Positions 1 to 10,170 are shown, counted from the stretch's first letter. The stretch: 44,099 nt of DNA from an uncultured archaeon (GCA_903873955.1 CAIQQL010000042.1:1-44099), one strand, 5' to 3'. The notes: generated by a model from the sequence alone, not told the origin. Program-made: numbers and translations.

Positions 1-546
1 CGTGAAGTCTTTTTCCTGGGAAGAAGCTTGAATAAGTACATGAGCGCAGCAAACAACATCCATCAGGCCCCGTTCAAAAACCAAGTCACCTTGGTCCCTT
101 ACAAAAAACAACTTGAAAAAGTTGTCAAACGCATCGATAAACATAAAGAGCAGTATCTTGTCGTCTGTACGGGACATCAAGGAGAACCCGGGTCGATTCT
201 GGACAGAATTGCGCGAGGAGCATTACCCTTGCGGCTTTCGCAAGATGACCAGATCATTTTCTCTTCCAAGACAATCCCTACACCCGTCAATGTAGCAAAC
301 CGCGAACAGCTGGAAAAAAGACTTAAAAAGTATAAAGTACGTATATTTGATAACGTCCATGTATCAGGTCATGGAGGCAGGGAGGATTTGCGGGATTTGA
401 TCAAATTGACCAATCCGGAGCATATATTCCCATCGCATGGTGATCCTCAAAAACTTGCTGCGGGATTGGCATTGGCACAAGAAATGGGATACATCAAAGA
501 CAAAAACATTCATGTTCTTGCGGACGGCAAAGGAATAACTTTATAA
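1..546 (+). CDS. rnj: Ribonuclease J (beta-CASP metallo-beta-lactamase), 5'-truncated by the window edge
   Basis: Frame is open from base 1 (REVFFLGRSLNKYM...). Motifs CTGHQGEP, HVSGHG and IFPSHGD are typical of archaeal RNase J. Confidence 0.9.
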   Translation, partial: REVFFLGRSLNKYMSAANNIHQAPFKNQVTLVPYKKQLEKVVKRIDKHKEQYLVVCTGHQGEPGSILDRIARGALPLRLSQDDQIIFSSKTIPTPVNVANREQLEKRLKKYKVRIFDNVHVSGHGGREDLRDLIKLTNPEHIFPSHGDPQKLAAGLALAQEMGYIKDKNIHVLADGKGITL

Positions 547-547
547 A

Positions 548-1105
548 ATGAGGGAAGAAATCTGGGCAGGACTAAAAAATGCCATGGAAAGAGGAGCAAC
601 GCTTGAGCAAGCAGTGCAAAGTTTCATCAATTCTGGATACAGCCCCGGGGAAGTCCAGGAAGCTGCCAAGGCCCTAAGTGAAGGCGCCACTACGATAAGC
701 CAAGGGGAAGTTTCCCAACCGATTCAGCAAAAACCAATTGCACAACCGGTCAAGGAAAGGAAAGAAGAACCCTTGCGAAATGACCTGCCTTCGGTAAAGT
801 TGTCCACTGCAGAATCCCAAGAAGAGGTGAAATCAATCCAGCAGCTCCAAGCAAGCACCGATACTAAAAAGGTATTGTATGTACCTGGGTCCCAGGATCG
901 GGAGGCTAAAGAAAAAGCAGCGGCTAGCCTCCAGAAAAGCACATTGGTCGGTTATGTCCCCTATAACGGTGCCTTAAGCACCCGAAAGAAAAGGATCATC
1001 GCACTCATCATCTTTGTGTTCATCCTGCTTATCCTCCTAGCCATAGGAATTATTTTCTGGAATGATATCTTTGGATTCCTGAAGAAGTTTTATGCAACCA
1101 ACTAG
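548..1105 (+). CDS. Hypothetical tail-anchored membrane protein (N-terminal helical domain, low-complexity linker, C-terminal TM helix)
   Basis: 185-aa ORF starting 1 nt after the rnj stop. RKKR is followed by a strongly hydrophobic 20-aa stretch near the C-terminus. Confidence 0.75.
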   Translation: MREEIWAGLKNAMERGATLEQAVQSFINSGYSPGEVQEAAKALSEGATTISQGEVSQPIQQKPIAQPVKERKEEPLRNDLPSVKLSTAESQEEVKSIQQLQASTDTKKVLYVPGSQDREAKEKAAASLQKSTLVGYVPYNGALSTRKKRIIALIIFVFILLILLAIGIIFWNDIFGFLKKFYATN

Positions 1106-1826
1106 ACTTTCCTTTAACGTTTTCATTAAAACTTTTAAAACGTTAATGCATCATCCGCAAGCAATACTCCTTTTATTGCTATTTCAGGCAAGTCTCACCC
1201 TGCTCTCTTTCGGGTCCTCTGCGATTGTACCATATCTGACGTCAAACACGCTTTGGTTCATCAACACGACAGTATTCTTTGCAGTCTCCATTATATTGCT
1301 TACTTACTTTGTCGGTATAACCTTACTCATCAGCAAGAACAGCATCGAAAATGGGAAGAATGCCTTTTTCCCACGATTAGGCTGGGGTAAATTTGGAAAG
1401 CTGCTTATGTTTTTTATTGTCTTCATGTTCTTGTATGCCGGAACAAACTATCTCATCCTCATTCTTGCCAGCCTCATCCAAAAAACATTTGCTCTTTCAG
1501 GAGTTGTTGCAGCATATTTTGTCTATTTCCCCTTGCTCTTCATTATATATGCAGGGGTACTCCTCTTCCTTCTCCTCACTCCTGCCTTTGTCATTGTAAA
1601 CGACCTTCCCCTCTTGCAAGGACTCAAAGCGAGCATAGTCACCGTGAAAAAGAATTACCTGCTGGTATTCCCTTGCCTCATAGGGGTGTTGTTACTGGGT
1701 TTCGTCTTAAGCAGTTATTTCCAAAACTCTTCTCTCTATCCTTATATCTTCGCAGTCCTGGAAGCGATCATCACTCCCTACCTTCTCCTATTCTCAGCAT
1801 ACCTTTCTCTCTCCACAAAACCATGA
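1092..1826 (+). CDS. Hypothetical polytopic membrane protein (about 6 TM)
   Basis: 244-aa hydrophobic ORF overlapping both neighbours. It has the P..IV......GLKASI pattern seen in DUF975/DUF7847-like membrane proteins. Confidence 0.75.
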   Translation: MQPTRLSFNVFIKTFKTLMHHPQAILLLLLFQASLTLLSFGSSAIVPYLTSNTLWFINTTVFFAVSIILLTYFVGITLLISKNSIENGKNAFFPRLGWGKFGKLLMFFIVFMFLYAGTNYLILILASLIQKTFALSGVVAAYFVYFPLLFIIYAGVLLFLLLTPAFVIVNDLPLLQGLKASIVTVKKNYLLVFPCLIGVLLLGFVLSSYFQNSSLYPYIFAVLEAIITPYLLLFSAYLSLSTKP

Positions 1827-2368
1827 TCTACGAACCAGCAGAAGATTCCTATCTCCTTGCCCAGGAAGTAAAAAAGTACGCCAGAGGAAAGATTGTTCTT
1901 GACATGGGGGCAGGCTCAGGCATCCAAAGCAAAGCAGCACTTGATTCGGGAGCAAAAGGAGTCCTGAGTGTAGAATGCGATCCCGAATCCCTGCGCCATC
2001 TCAAACAACAAGGTTTGACGGCATTATCTTCCGACCTCTTTTCAAATGTCCAAGGCAGTTTTGACCTGATCATCTTCAATCCTCCTTACCTCCCTGAAGA
2101 CAAACAAGAAGATGACGTTAGCAGGAAAATCACCACTGGCGGGAAGAAAGGAGATGAGATCATCCTACGATTTCTCAAGGATGTCCAAAAGCACCTTGCC
2201 AAGAAAGGGACCATCCTGCTCCTCCTTTCCTCCTTGACACCGAAAAAACGAATCCAGACCCTGCTCACCAAGCTGCATCTTAAGTCCAGAACCTTAATCA
2301 CACTCCCTCTGTTCATGGAAGAACTTGAGGTCCTGGAGATTACCAACCAAAGCTTTAAAATGGATTAA
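1823..2368 (+). CDS. HemK2/MTQ2-family SAM-dependent methyltransferase (release factor glutamine MTase)
   Basis: True start MIYEPAEDSYLL at 1823 (ATGA overlap). Motif I is LDMGAGSG and motif IV is FNPPY. Confidence 0.9.
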   Translation: MIYEPAEDSYLLAQEVKKYARGKIVLDMGAGSGIQSKAALDSGAKGVLSVECDPESLRHLKQQGLTALSSDLFSNVQGSFDLIIFNPPYLPEDKQEDDVSRKITTGGKKGDEIILRFLKDVQKHLAKKGTILLLLSSLTPKKRIQTLLTKLHLKSRTLITLPLFMEELEVLEITNQSFKMD

Positions 2369-2382
2369 GACCATGTCAGTTT

Positions 2383-2799
2383 ATGAATGAAGAACTCATG
2401 ATGCAAGCCTCTTTTCTTGAGAAGGAAGCACAAAAAACTGAAGAAGAACTTTCAACGATTGAACAAGAAGTCACTGAACTCAAAGAATTCCAGAAGAATC
2501 TTGCCTCCCTTTCAGAAAACAAAAGCAAAACCTTGCTCGCTTCCCTTGGCAGAGGCATCCTGGTAGAAGGGGAAATGACCAATGATAAGCTCTATGTCAA
2601 TGTCGGTGCAGGAGTCATTGTACGCAAGAGTGCCAAAGAAGTAATCGAGATCATCGACAGCCAGAACAACCGATTGTCTGAGGCAAAAGAGCACCTGCTC
2701 AAGAAAGCAGAAGTCCTAGGCAAGAGCCTCCAACAATGTCTGCAGCATATGCAAGAAGAAGAGTCTCTAGCAAAGAACGAGAAGCAAAAGAAAAACTAA
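2383..2799 (+). CDS. pfdA: Prefoldin alpha subunit
   Basis: Coiled coil, then LASLGRGILV...LYVNVGAGVIV double beta-hairpin, then coiled coil; 138 aa. Confidence 0.9.
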   Translation: MNEELMMQASFLEKEAQKTEEELSTIEQEVTELKEFQKNLASLSENKSKTLLASLGRGILVEGEMTNDKLYVNVGAGVIVRKSAKEVIEIIDSQNNRLSEAKEHLLKKAEVLGKSLQQCLQHMQEEESLAKNEKQKKN

Positions 2800-3596
2800 A
2801 GAGGATGTCTTCTTTCCCGTTCAGCCTGTTTCAAGAAGTCTTCAAAGGGCAAAACACCCAATTCTGAGATCACACTGATAATATACTTTTTTTCAATAAG
2901 CTCAAAAGCGGGGTCCCTTACCTTGATATGTGCGGGTGCGCTAGCCCATACCTCATGAAAATCCCTTTCTTCGATAGGGACAGTCTTAGGAGAAAACTTC
3001 CAGGAGTCAGCAATGATATAGAGAGGAAGATGATGCAACCTGGCAAGCTCAGCGATAGTCGCGCTCCCGATCTTGTTAATGGCGCCTTTGGACACGAGCG
3101 CATCAGCGCCTATCAGCACAATATCTGCTTTCGGGATGGCTTCATGAAACGCGGCATCAACATAGGTGGTAACCTTGATGCCTGCTTTTGCAAGCTCTGC
3201 GGCAGTCAGTCTTCCTTGATACAACGGTCGCGTCTCCGTGTTAAACACCTCAAAAACCCTTCCTTTCTTTTTTGCAAAGATAAGCGCGCGTACGACATTA
3301 GTTGAATGACAATGAGTGTACACCACTTTTTTCCCCTTAAGCAAACGCGTGACCAGGGCATTAATCTTATTTTGAGACCTCTCAAAATGTCCCAAGACTT
3401 TCTTTGCCGGCCATTTCTCAAGATGCCAAAGGGTATTGGAGAGGGTAGGTTCTGTAGGCCTCAGACCCAGCAATATCTTTTTTGTTTCAGGAGTAGGAGA
3501 AAGTTTATAGGCTCGGATGGCGGCCTTTGCAATATTGGTCGCCCCCTGGATCTTGACGTCTTTAATATCTGAAAAAATCTGGTCAGTCTGATTCAT
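2796..3596 (-). CDS. Ribose-1,5-bisphosphate isomerase (eIF-2B alpha/beta/delta family)
   Basis: KIQGA, RPT, THCHS (catalytic Cys), ETRP, GAD and NKIG motifs. Confidence 0.8.
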   Translation of the reverse strand: MNQTDQIFSDIKDVKIQGATNIAKAAIRAYKLSPTPETKKILLGLRPTEPTLSNTLWHLEKWPAKKVLGHFERSQNKINALVTRLLKGKKVVYTHCHSTNVVRALIFAKKKGRVFEVFNTETRPLYQGRLTAAELAKAGIKVTTYVDAAFHEAIPKADIVLIGADALVSKGAINKIGSATIAELARLHHLPLYIIADSWKFSPKTVPIEERDFHEVWASAPAHIKVRDPAFELIEKKYIISVISELGVLPFEDFLKQAERERRHPL

Positions 3597-3664
3597 CTGC
3601 CTAGAACACGAATAGACTATAAAAAACTATTTAAGCAGCCATAGACATTTTAAAGTGAAAAAAG

Positions 3665-4519
3665 ATGTTAGAAATGTTGATGAACCCAAAGAAGGCTGAA
3701 CGCCATCCTTGGGAACTGTTTTTTGTAGGATTGTTCTACGCAAGTCTTTCCATCATCCTTGTGCAGTGGATATTTGCAAAGGATGTCGTGCTCTCCAATT
3801 ATTCTGGGATCCTCATTGTGACATTTACGGTCATGTTCTCCATGCCCTTTGTGTACTACACCATCAAATTCGAAGAAACGAAAATTGAACCTACCAGCAG
3901 AGGTTTTTTCTTGCTCAGAGAACATGAGAAAGCAGTCAAGACATTCTTATGGCTCTTTGTAGGCTTTGTTGTCGCATATGCGTTCTGGTATATTGCATTT
4001 GCATCCCCAAATAATTTCAAGGCACAAGTCGAGACGTTCTGTGCAATCAACAAACCCACAGATATCCAGGGTTGCGCTACGGATTATGGGATAAAAAGCC
4101 CTGGAACCACTGCCTATGTCACAGGAGGGGACAGATTTTTCCTCATCTTCACGAATAATGTCTTTGTCCTGATATTCACCCTTATTTTCTCGCTCATTTT
4201 CGGTGCAGGGGTCATTTTTATCCTTGCCTGGAACGCGAGCGTCATTGCGGCAGCCGTAGGAATATTCGCCAGATCCCAACTCAGTGCCATGCCTGTAGGG
4301 CTGGCAAAATATCTGATCCATGGTATTCCGGAGATAGCATCCTACTTCATCGTAGCCCTTGCAGGAGGCATCATCTCTGCTGCAGTCATCAAACATGAAG
4401 CGGGAACAGACAAATTCTGGGAAGTGCTCCAAGATTCGCTCAACCTTATCATTGTAGCGCTGATCATCCTTTTCTTTGCTGCGCTTATCGAGGTTTACAT
4501 CACTCCTGTATTATTTTAA
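3665..4519 (+). CDS. SpoIIM/DUF95-family membrane protein
   Basis: IFTNN, ILAWNASVI, HGIPE and AALIEVYITP motifs; multiple TM helices. Confidence 0.85.
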   Translation: MLEMLMNPKKAERHPWELFFVGLFYASLSIILVQWIFAKDVVLSNYSGILIVTFTVMFSMPFVYYTIKFEETKIEPTSRGFFLLREHEKAVKTFLWLFVGFVVAYAFWYIAFASPNNFKAQVETFCAINKPTDIQGCATDYGIKSPGTTAYVTGGDRFFLIFTNNVFVLIFTLIFSLIFGAGVIFILAWNASVIAAAVGIFARSQLSAMPVGLAKYLIHGIPEIASYFIVALAGGIISAAVIKHEAGTDKFWEVLQDSLNLIIVALIILFFAALIEVYITPVLF

Positions 4520-4575
4520 AGATTCCAAACCACATCAACGTAACTACATTCAGGAAATTTAATACGGGCAGAACT

Positions 4576-5928
4576 CTACAACTTTTCGATCTTTGGTCCC
4601 TGAGGGGTGTCTTTGACTTCATATCCCCTCTCGCGGATACGTGCACGAAGAATATCTGACTCTGCCCATTTCTTATCCTTGCGGAGCTTTTCACGTTCTG
4701 CTACGAGTTGCTCAACCTCATGTGGCGCGACCACAAAGACTTCCTGCATCTCCTTAAAACCAAAACAGAGCACCCGGTCAAAGTCATAAAGGAGAGAGAG
4801 TTTCTTATGGGTGTCAAAGACCAGATCATCAAGAGCCTCCCAAATGATCTGCATCACCTTTGCCGTGTTCATATCGTCATTGAGGGCATTCACGAAAGCA
4901 GTATGATACTTTTCCGTGGCATCTTCTCCCCCATGAGGGGCCAGTTTAGTCTCTATCACTTTACGTTTAAGACGTTCATAGGCAGCCTTTGCTGCATCAA
5001 GCCGTTCTGCAGAGAAATCAATCGGCTTACGATAATGAGTAGAGATCACAAAATATCGAATGACCTCCGGATCGTAATGCGCAAACAGATCACGGATTGT
5101 CTTGAAATTTCCTAAGCTCTTGCTCATCTTCACATTATCAACATTGACCATACCATTGTGCACCCAGTAGTTTGCGACTTTTTTTCCAAAAGCAGCCTCT
5201 GATTGCGCGATCTCATCTTCATGATGAGGGAACATGAGATCCATCCCACCCCCGTGAATGTCAAAAGGTAACCCTAAAAGGGAAGAAGACATCGCAGAAC
5301 ATTCAATATGCCATCCCGGCCTCCCTGCACCCCAAGGCGAATCCCAAGCAGGCTCACCAGGCTTGCTAAATTTCCAGACAACAAAATCTTCCTTGTTTTT
5401 TTTGCCATCCGCAACCTTAATCCTTGAGAGAGCCTGTTCAGCATCCATTTTTTGCTTTGAGAGATTCCCATACTCCTTAAATTTTGAAACGTCATAATAG
5501 ACACCGTCATCATCCACAACATAGGTATAGCCTTTGGTTGCCAAAAGTGCGATGAGGTCCACCATCTCCTTGATGAATTCGGTTGCTTTAGGCTGGATAT
5601 CAGGAGCCTTCACTTTCAATGCCGCATAATCCTCGCGATGCGCAAGGGTATTGCGTTTGGTGAGCTGCTCAATATCTTCACCTAACTCGTTGGCTTTCTT
5701 GATGATCTTATCATCGACATCAGTGATATTGGAGACAAAGGTCACCTTGTATCCAGAATATTCAAGATATTTACGCAAGGTATCGAAAAAGACCTGCTGA
5801 CGTGCGTGGCCTAAATGGGGAACATCGTTGACTGTGGGTCCGCACACGTACATACGTACTTCATCTTTATGGATCGGTTTGAATACCTCTTTCTTACGGG
5901 TGAGAGTATTGTACAATTTGATTACCAT
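4576..5928 (-). CDS. cysS: Cysteine--tRNA ligase
   Basis: YVCGPTV, HLGH, GRPGWHIECSAM, FPHHEDE and KMSKS motifs. Confidence 0.97.
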   Translation of the reverse strand: MVIKLYNTLTRKKEVFKPIHKDEVRMYVCGPTVNDVPHLGHARQQVFFDTLRKYLEYSGYKVTFVSNITDVDDKIIKKANELGEDIEQLTKRNTLAHREDYAALKVKAPDIQPKATEFIKEMVDLIALLATKGYTYVVDDDGVYYDVSKFKEYGNLSKQKMDAEQALSRIKVADGKKNKEDFVVWKFSKPGEPAWDSPWGAGRPGWHIECSAMSSSLLGLPFDIHGGGMDLMFPHHEDEIAQSEAAFGKKVANYWVHNGMVNVDNVKMSKSLGNFKTIRDLFAHYDPEVIRYFVISTHYRKPIDFSAERLDAAKAAYERLKRKVIETKLAPHGGEDATEKYHTAFVNALNDDMNTAKVMQIIWEALDDLVFDTHKKLSLLYDFDRVLCFGFKEMQEVFVVAPHEVEQLVAEREKLRKDKKWAESDILRARIRERGYEVKDTPQGPKIEKL

Positions 5929-6093
5929 GAATGTTGAGAAGGCAGGTTCATTTATAATATTTTGCTCTTTTTTCTCAAGGATTAACTTTAAATAGCCAGT
6001 TTTATTATTTTAAGTGAATAAATATAACACGGTTTAAAACGTGGGCTAAGAAATAGCTTACAAAGTCTATTTCTTTATTTACCTATTATTACA

Positions 6094-7368
6094 ATGGAAA
6101 AATTCAAGTCCTTAGGACTTAGCGAGGCATTCCTTGCTGAAATTGTGAAAGCAAAGTTTACTGAACCCAGTGAGATTCAAGAAAAAACAATTCCTTTAGT
6201 GTTAGCTGGAAATGATGTCATCGGGGGTTCAGCGACAGGTTCTGGAAAAACACTGGCTTTCGGTGCAGGCATTATTGAAAAAGTTGAGAAAGGCCAAGGA
6301 TTACAATCACTTATTTTGACTCCTACCCGTGAACTTGCTGAGCAGATCACCACCGTTTTACGCACATTTTCTGCCTATAAAGGCCTGGATATTGCCTCCG
6401 TCTATGGTGGCGTAGGCATCAATCCCCAGATCAGGGCCCTTGAATACGCAGATATCGCAATTGCAACTCCTGGAAGAGTCCTTGACCATTTAGAACGTGG
6501 CACTATCAACCTCAGCAGAGTCAAAATCCTTGTCCTTGATGAAGCAGATCGCATGCTTGACATGGGCTTTATCGATGATGTAGAAAAGATCATCAAGCAT
6601 TGCCCTAAGGAACGTCAGACGCTCCTTTTTTCCGCAACAATCTCACAGGAGATCAGCCGTATGGCGCAGCATTACATGAAAAATCCTATAGAGATAAGCG
6701 TCACCCACTTTGTCGATCCTTCTAAATTGAAGCAAGTGTATTATGATACTCCAAAAGAGATCAAGTTCTCCTTGCTCGTTCATCTCCTTACCCAGGAAAG
6801 AACAGGGCTGGTCATGGTATTTTGTAACACGAGAGATAATGCTGATTTTGTCGCCAGACATCTTGGGCGTGAGGGCATTGATGCGATGTCCATCCATGGA
6901 GGATTGTCCCAGGAAAAACGAAACCACATCATGGAACTATTCCATGAAAACAAGAACGCACATGTCCTGGTATGCACGGATGTTGCCGCACGAGGTCTGG
7001 ACATCAAGGGCATCTCCCATGTCTATAATTATGATATTCCGAAAACAAGCGAAGAGTATATCCATCGTATCGGAAGGACGGCACGTGCTGGCAAGGACGG
7101 GATTGCAGTAAGCATCGTTGCTTCGAGAGATTACGAAAATTTCAGGCGTGTCCTTGAAGGCGATGGAATAAAAATTGAGTCGCTCCCAGTCCCAGAAGTC
7201 CGCAGAATATTCCTCAAAATAGAACCAAGAGGAAATTTTGGCGGGAACAGGTCCTTTGGTGGACGTTCTGGCGGAAGAAGTTTTAGGGGCGGATCTTCAC
7301 GAGGCGGGTCATCACATGGCAGGGCTGGCGGATCACGTGGATTTTCTAGAAGCACTTCTCGACGATAA
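6094..7368 (+). CDS. DEAD-box RNA helicase with RGG/SR-rich tail
   Basis: Q motif, ATGSGKT, PTRELA, TPGR, DEAD, SAT, ARGLD and HRIGRTAR. Confidence 0.96.
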   Translation: MEKFKSLGLSEAFLAEIVKAKFTEPSEIQEKTIPLVLAGNDVIGGSATGSGKTLAFGAGIIEKVEKGQGLQSLILTPTRELAEQITTVLRTFSAYKGLDIASVYGGVGINPQIRALEYADIAIATPGRVLDHLERGTINLSRVKILVLDEADRMLDMGFIDDVEKIIKHCPKERQTLLFSATISQEISRMAQHYMKNPIEISVTHFVDPSKLKQVYYDTPKEIKFSLLVHLLTQERTGLVMVFCNTRDNADFVARHLGREGIDAMSIHGGLSQEKRNHIMELFHENKNAHVLVCTDVAARGLDIKGISHVYNYDIPKTSEEYIHRIGRTARAGKDGIAVSIVASRDYENFRRVLEGDGIKIESLPVPEVRRIFLKIEPRGNFGGNRSFGGRSGGRSFRGGSSRGGSSHGRAGGSRGFSRSTSRR

Positions 7369-8298
7369 AGATTCTGCAAAAGCAACAATCTCCTTGAACG
7401 TCTTTTTTTGCATCAGTTCATTACGAAGCTGTCCACCGCCTTCAATTCCTTTGATGAACTTACAACAAAGATATTTTAACCTAGGAACATCCGGTTCAGG
7501 AAAGTATTTTTCAACAAGTTTCAGGTAATTATTGAGCAAGATCAGGTTCTTCTTTGGATTGAATTCTGGTTGCTTTCCAGTCTTGAGATACCTGAGCATC
7601 CTTCTAAAAATATCCGGATCCCCTATTGCTGCTCGCGCAACCATTGCCCCATCTGCAATCTCAAGCATGTGTTTGGCATCGGCCCCAGAAAAGACATCTC
7701 CGTTTCCGATAACCGGGATACCGACCTGTTTCTTGACTTTGGCAATCTCATCCCATTGTGCCCTGACATTGTACCCCTGGTTTGCCAGACGACCATGCAC
7801 CGTAAGCGCATCTGCTCCAGCATGCTCTATCTCTTTTGCCAGCTTGCAAACATTATTTTTCTTAAAACCTAGACGGATCTTAGCTGTCACCACATATCCT
7901 GCTGACTTGAGCGACCTGACCATGGTGCCAATTTTCTTAGGTTCTCGCAGCAGATAGCTTCCTGAATTGTTTCCGATAATACGATCAGAAGGGCAGCCAC
8001 AGTTAAGGTCAACAAGATCATAAGATTTTAAGTGAGGTATCAGGGACTGAATGTCTTTCAGATTGTTTCCCGTTATCTGGATCCCTAAAGGACGGTCAGC
8101 TTTTGCAGTGAGCAGTAATTGTTTTGTCTTTTTGTTTTCATGCAGAATGGCCCCCGCGTTTATCATTTCAGTATAGGCTAAAGCAGCACCAGACTTCCTG
8201 CAAAGCAGCCTGTAAGGCAGGTCTGTAACCTCAACCATTGGGGCTAACAAGAGCCGATTCTTCAAGAGAATATTTCCTATCCTGAACTTTTCTTGCAT
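7333..8298 (-). CDS. tRNA-dihydrouridine synthase (DusB-like)
   Basis: LAPM, YTEM, DLNCGCP, KIRLG, TVHGR and IGNGD motifs. Confidence 0.92.
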   Translation of the reverse strand: MQEKFRIGNILLKNRLLLAPMVEVTDLPYRLLCRKSGAALAYTEMINAGAILHENKKTKQLLLTAKADRPLGIQITGNNLKDIQSLIPHLKSYDLVDLNCGCPSDRIIGNNSGSYLLREPKKIGTMVRSLKSAGYVVTAKIRLGFKKNNVCKLAKEIEHAGADALTVHGRLANQGYNVRAQWDEIAKVKKQVGIPVIGNGDVFSGADAKHMLEIADGAMVARAAIGDPDIFRRMLRYLKTGKQPEFNPKKNLILLNNYLKLVEKYFPEPDVPRLKYLCCKFIKGIEGGGQLRNELMQKKTFKEIVAFAESLSSRSASRKST

Positions 8299-8387
8299 GG
8301 ATATAGTTACGCAGCGAGGTTTTATAGTCTTTCCTTACCCAAGTATCCTTATCTGACCTTAGAAAAAAGATTGAAATGCTTCAAGCC

Positions 8388-8741
8388 TCATAAACCGAAA
8401 AAAAGAGCACCTAAAACAAATGAAGACAGATTCATGATGAAAGATAAGAGCAAGAGTTTACCTTTGGACCTATTGTCAAAAGAATACATCAAGATAGCCC
8501 ATTCAACAAGAACAACGCCCAGCTCCAAAATGATAATGAAAGCAAGACTATACGGAAGAACATGAAAGACGCGGTCCATCAAAAGAAGATAATTAACAGC
8601 GGGATTGGTGATGACATTAATCAGGATAACAATCCCAATTGAAAACTTGTCTCTATATCCAAAAAGAAAAGCGACAAAAGTTTCGATAGCGATAGTAACA
8701 AAAAAAGGGAAAAGAAGATTATTTATGAGACTTTCGAACAT
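8388..8741 (-). CDS. Hypothetical 4-TM membrane protein
   Basis: 117 aa, hydrophobic, with TIAIE..AFLFGYR, NVITNP and E..V..VE patterns. Overlaps the upstream ORF. Confidence 0.7.
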   Translation of the reverse strand: MFESLINNLLFPFFVTIAIETFVAFLFGYRDKFSIGIVILINVITNPAVNYLLLMDRVFHVLPYSLAFIIILELGVVLVEWAILMYSFDNRSKGKLLLLSFIMNLSSFVLGALFFGL

Positions 8742-8937
8742 GTTTCTTCTTCGTGCTCCTGATGATTGTCCAGGCCACGATTATCCCGATGAGAATCACT
8801 ATTCCCGCAATGATGATGAAATTTCTTGAGACCTCCCTTTGGACCAATTGCCCTGGAGAGATTACGTCTGCACTAACCAAGTTTAGACTGCACAGACCGA
8901 CTGCTATTCCGGTATAAAACCGTCTTAAGTCCATCAT
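8719..8937 (-). CDS. Small protein with signal peptide and C-terminal TM anchor
   Basis: Signal-like N-terminus ending VSA-DVISP, then a TM helix and a basic tail. A TATA-like box (TTATTAA) lies about 20 nt upstream. Confidence 0.55.
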   Translation of the reverse strand: MMDLRRFYTGIAVGLCSLNLVSADVISPGQLVQREVSRNFIIIAGIVILIGIIVAWTIIRSTKKKHVRKSHK

Positions 8938-8992
8938 ATAAATGAGGGCAGTTACTTAATAAGGATTACGATAGATTCAATCAGGATGGGAG

Positions 8993-10030
8993 TCATCGTT
9001 TTCTTTTTCTTAAAGCCAAAAAAAGGAATATTGCTGAAAGCAGGACCATCATAAGGACAATTACGGAGGTATAACCTTGAAGACTAATCTTAATGAACAT
9101 CGGAAAAGCTCCGCATATTAAAGCCAAGGTGGTCAGCCCAAAGGAAAATCCGGGCCTTCCTGGCAAGACATCAGAGATTGCAACCAAGGTTATCGGCATG
9201 GTCATATTAAACAAGAACATCCCCAAGATCCCCAGAAAAGGATTGCCTGCCCACAGGGACAGGAGCAACGAAGAGATGACCAAGGAAGAAACACCTACTT
9301 TTATCCATCCAAACCTGTCAGCAAATAATCCTCCCAGGCTTTTCCCAAAAAAAACACCCAAAGTTAAAAAGACCATGAGCAAAAAGTTTGATTTCCAGGG
9401 AAAAACAATGACCGATCCGACAAAGGCACGAATTGCAACAGAGAGCAACAAGAATAAGATGATCAGCTCAAAAATGTCGATGTTTTTCGCCCTTTTTCCT
9501 TTTTTGTAGTCTATGTCGGGGATCCTTGTACTGCTGACAAAAAAGAAGCAAAGCAATAGCAGGACCAAGAGAGGGAGCATACTAAATCCGGCAGACCTCC
9601 CATACAAACCACCGATAAGGAGCCCTATTGCCCCTGGAGCAACAAATATTCCGGGAGCGGTCGCCTTTCTGGGGAGGATGTTTAAACTGACCGTACCTGC
9701 GCCAATATGAAAGAGGGCATTGCCAAAACCTAAAAGAAGCATCGTAAACAAAGGAGAAAGATAGTAGAAAGCTAAAGAAAGAATCAATAAGAAAATACCT
9801 GCTAACGCAACCAATCTGGGCTTTTGCAGCCTATCGCTGTAAAGTCCAATAAATGGCTGCGTCCCAAATGCAAGCAGATTATAGGCCAGTACAAGCGTGA
9901 AAAAATAGGATGCGGAGAGATCATAGAAGCTTAACGATGCGAAAAGCAAGGCACAACACGTTGCATCTACAATACCGTGGCTCAACCCATACAAACCCAG
10001 GATCCGAACAGAAGACCTTGCATTATCCAT
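8993..10030 (-). CDS. MFS-like membrane protein of unknown function
   Basis: About 11-12 hydrophobic segments, with MFS-like loops GLYSDRL and GGLFADRFG. Other motifs: SHGIVD, GNALFH, FNMTMPITL. Confidence 0.75.
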   Translation of the reverse strand: MDNARSSVRILGLYGLSHGIVDATCCALLFASLSFYDLSASYFFTLVLAYNLLAFGTQPFIGLYSDRLQKPRLVALAGIFLLILSLAFYYLSPLFTMLLLGFGNALFHIGAGTVSLNILPRKATAPGIFVAPGAIGLLIGGLYGRSAGFSMLPLLVLLLLCFFFVSSTRIPDIDYKKGKRAKNIDIFELIILFLLLSVAIRAFVGSVIVFPWKSNFLLMVFLTLGVFFGKSLGGLFADRFGWIKVGVSSLVISSLLLSLWAGNPFLGILGMFLFNMTMPITLVAISDVLPGRPGFSFGLTTLALICGAFPMFIKISLQGYTSVIVLMMVLLSAIFLFLALRKRKR

Positions 10031-10170
10031 GCAGCAGTATCTGTCAACTTGTCCTTAAAAATAATTGCCTGAGTATGAACATATTGGAAACCCAAGATGC
10101 CCTTATCAAGAGACAGCGAAGATTGCCACGAGAACTATATGTTTTTATAGTTCATACACCTGCCTATTTT

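Noticed and set aside
1673..1822. N-terminal extension of the HemK2 ORF in the track
   Set aside because: It overlaps the upstream membrane gene, and the family N-terminus MIYEPAEDS begins at 1823.
9910..10170. N-terminal extension of the PC4-like ORF
   Set aside because: It overlaps the opposite-strand MFS-like gene and the promoter; the TATA position supports a start at 10171.
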